Of a DNA stretch of 64,000 nt, positions 63,000 through 64,000 are shown piece after piece (positions within the stretch are counted from its first letter, which is position 1; every line of letters starts with the position of its first letter). The translations under genes were made by a program, and so were the position numbers. The notes under the pieces are model-generated. The model was not told the origin of the DNA. It did not search any database and was given only the letters and a program-made list of their open reading frames with translations. The DNA comes from Felis catus (Eukaryota): positions 214,708,001 to 214,772,000 of the forward strand of contig NC_058368.1 in the NCBI RefSeq assembly GCF_018350175.1, written 5' to 3'.

Positions 63000-64000
63000 A
63001 ATGCATTGATTTTGTATTGGTTTGTCCCTCCAGTGATATATTAATTTGTTTTGAAAATCCTAGCTGACTGACTTCCAGATATTAGAAGGAAAAAATAAAG
63101 GTTTCCTCTTTAAGCATGTTTTATACATAGGTCAGTATTTAGAAATTCTCACAAAATTATTGAAAAGAAGGCAGCTGAGAAGACTGTCAGCTAATGACTA
63201 GCTATATGTGTTTATGCTGTGATTTATGTCTCTGCACAGGATAACTTCAAATATCAGCACATTCTTCTTGGATTGGGAAAACTAAACTTTCTTGCAGCTA
63301 CTAGATAGCTAACCAATTCTCTATGAAAGCATAAGCCAGATAAAATTAAAACTTCTGTTTGCTTGTTTATTTATTTTTTAATTTTCTGTGTTTAGAACAT
63401 TGCTAAGGGTTTTAGGTAAGATAGGGAAGTTTCCAAGTGGGAACAGAGAGGTTGATTAGAAAATTCAGTCCAAATTTTCTTATCTCAGAGCTTAAAAGAG
63501 GCAAGGGAAATTGATATTTTGTAATGAAAATTTTGAGGGTTCCTTCCATTCCATCTCAAATACTAGAACTGTTTTCTAGAGAAGAAAAGAAATATCTGAT
63601 GACATCTTTATACATTTACCAAAACTAAAATATGTACAATTTTGAAATTTTGGATGAATATCATTGTTGGCTCTTCTGTTAGATTTATTTTCTGTACATT
63701 TGATGTATTAAAACCTAATGTGATAGTAGAAAATTGCCTTCTAAAAAAAGTTTTAATTTACCAAAAATAAACTGTAAACATAATCCAAATATGAGGTATT
63801 TGGGTTATTCAGATCACATTAAAATGACAATTAAAATAATTAAAATTACCAAACGTTGACTTTAGAATCTAAGGGTGCATATTCACATTCTACCAATTTG
63901 AATGTATCTGAAGTTATTGAGAAAGCCAATTGTTTGAGATACAGTGTTTGAAGATCTAACTTTGAATGGTAAATCTGATGTCTTATGTTAGCATGAAATG

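Overview
AT-rich, CpG-depleted mammalian DNA, almost certainly from a cat-family (felid) genome. The evidence is about 18 tRNA-derived CanSINEs of the SINEC_Fc type plus felid/carnivore L1 elements. I found no intact protein-coding gene; essentially every listed ORF is a chance ORF or comes from a repeat. The main features are: (1) a 5'-truncated, TSD-flanked processed pseudogene of SETD2 (53959-56504, minus strand; C-terminal region with WW and SRI domains plus the 3'UTR and poly(A), no SET domain); (2) a dead full-length L1 (33485-39550, minus) with a nested young SINE, an ORF1 coiled-coil deletion and an RT FADD->FAED change; (3) a two-ended L1 (about 59242-62504, minus) in which the first ~200 nt of the 5'UTR is joined directly to mid-ORF2; (4) several nested transposon stacks, a tail-only retroinsertion, older MIR/L2/MLT/LTR16/Tigger2/MER/HAL1 relics and a few motif-rich unique stretches that may be enhancers. 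I found no convincing new biological system; the findings are local retrotransposition oddities and candidate regulatory elements. Repeat family names come from recalled consensus sequences, not from a search.
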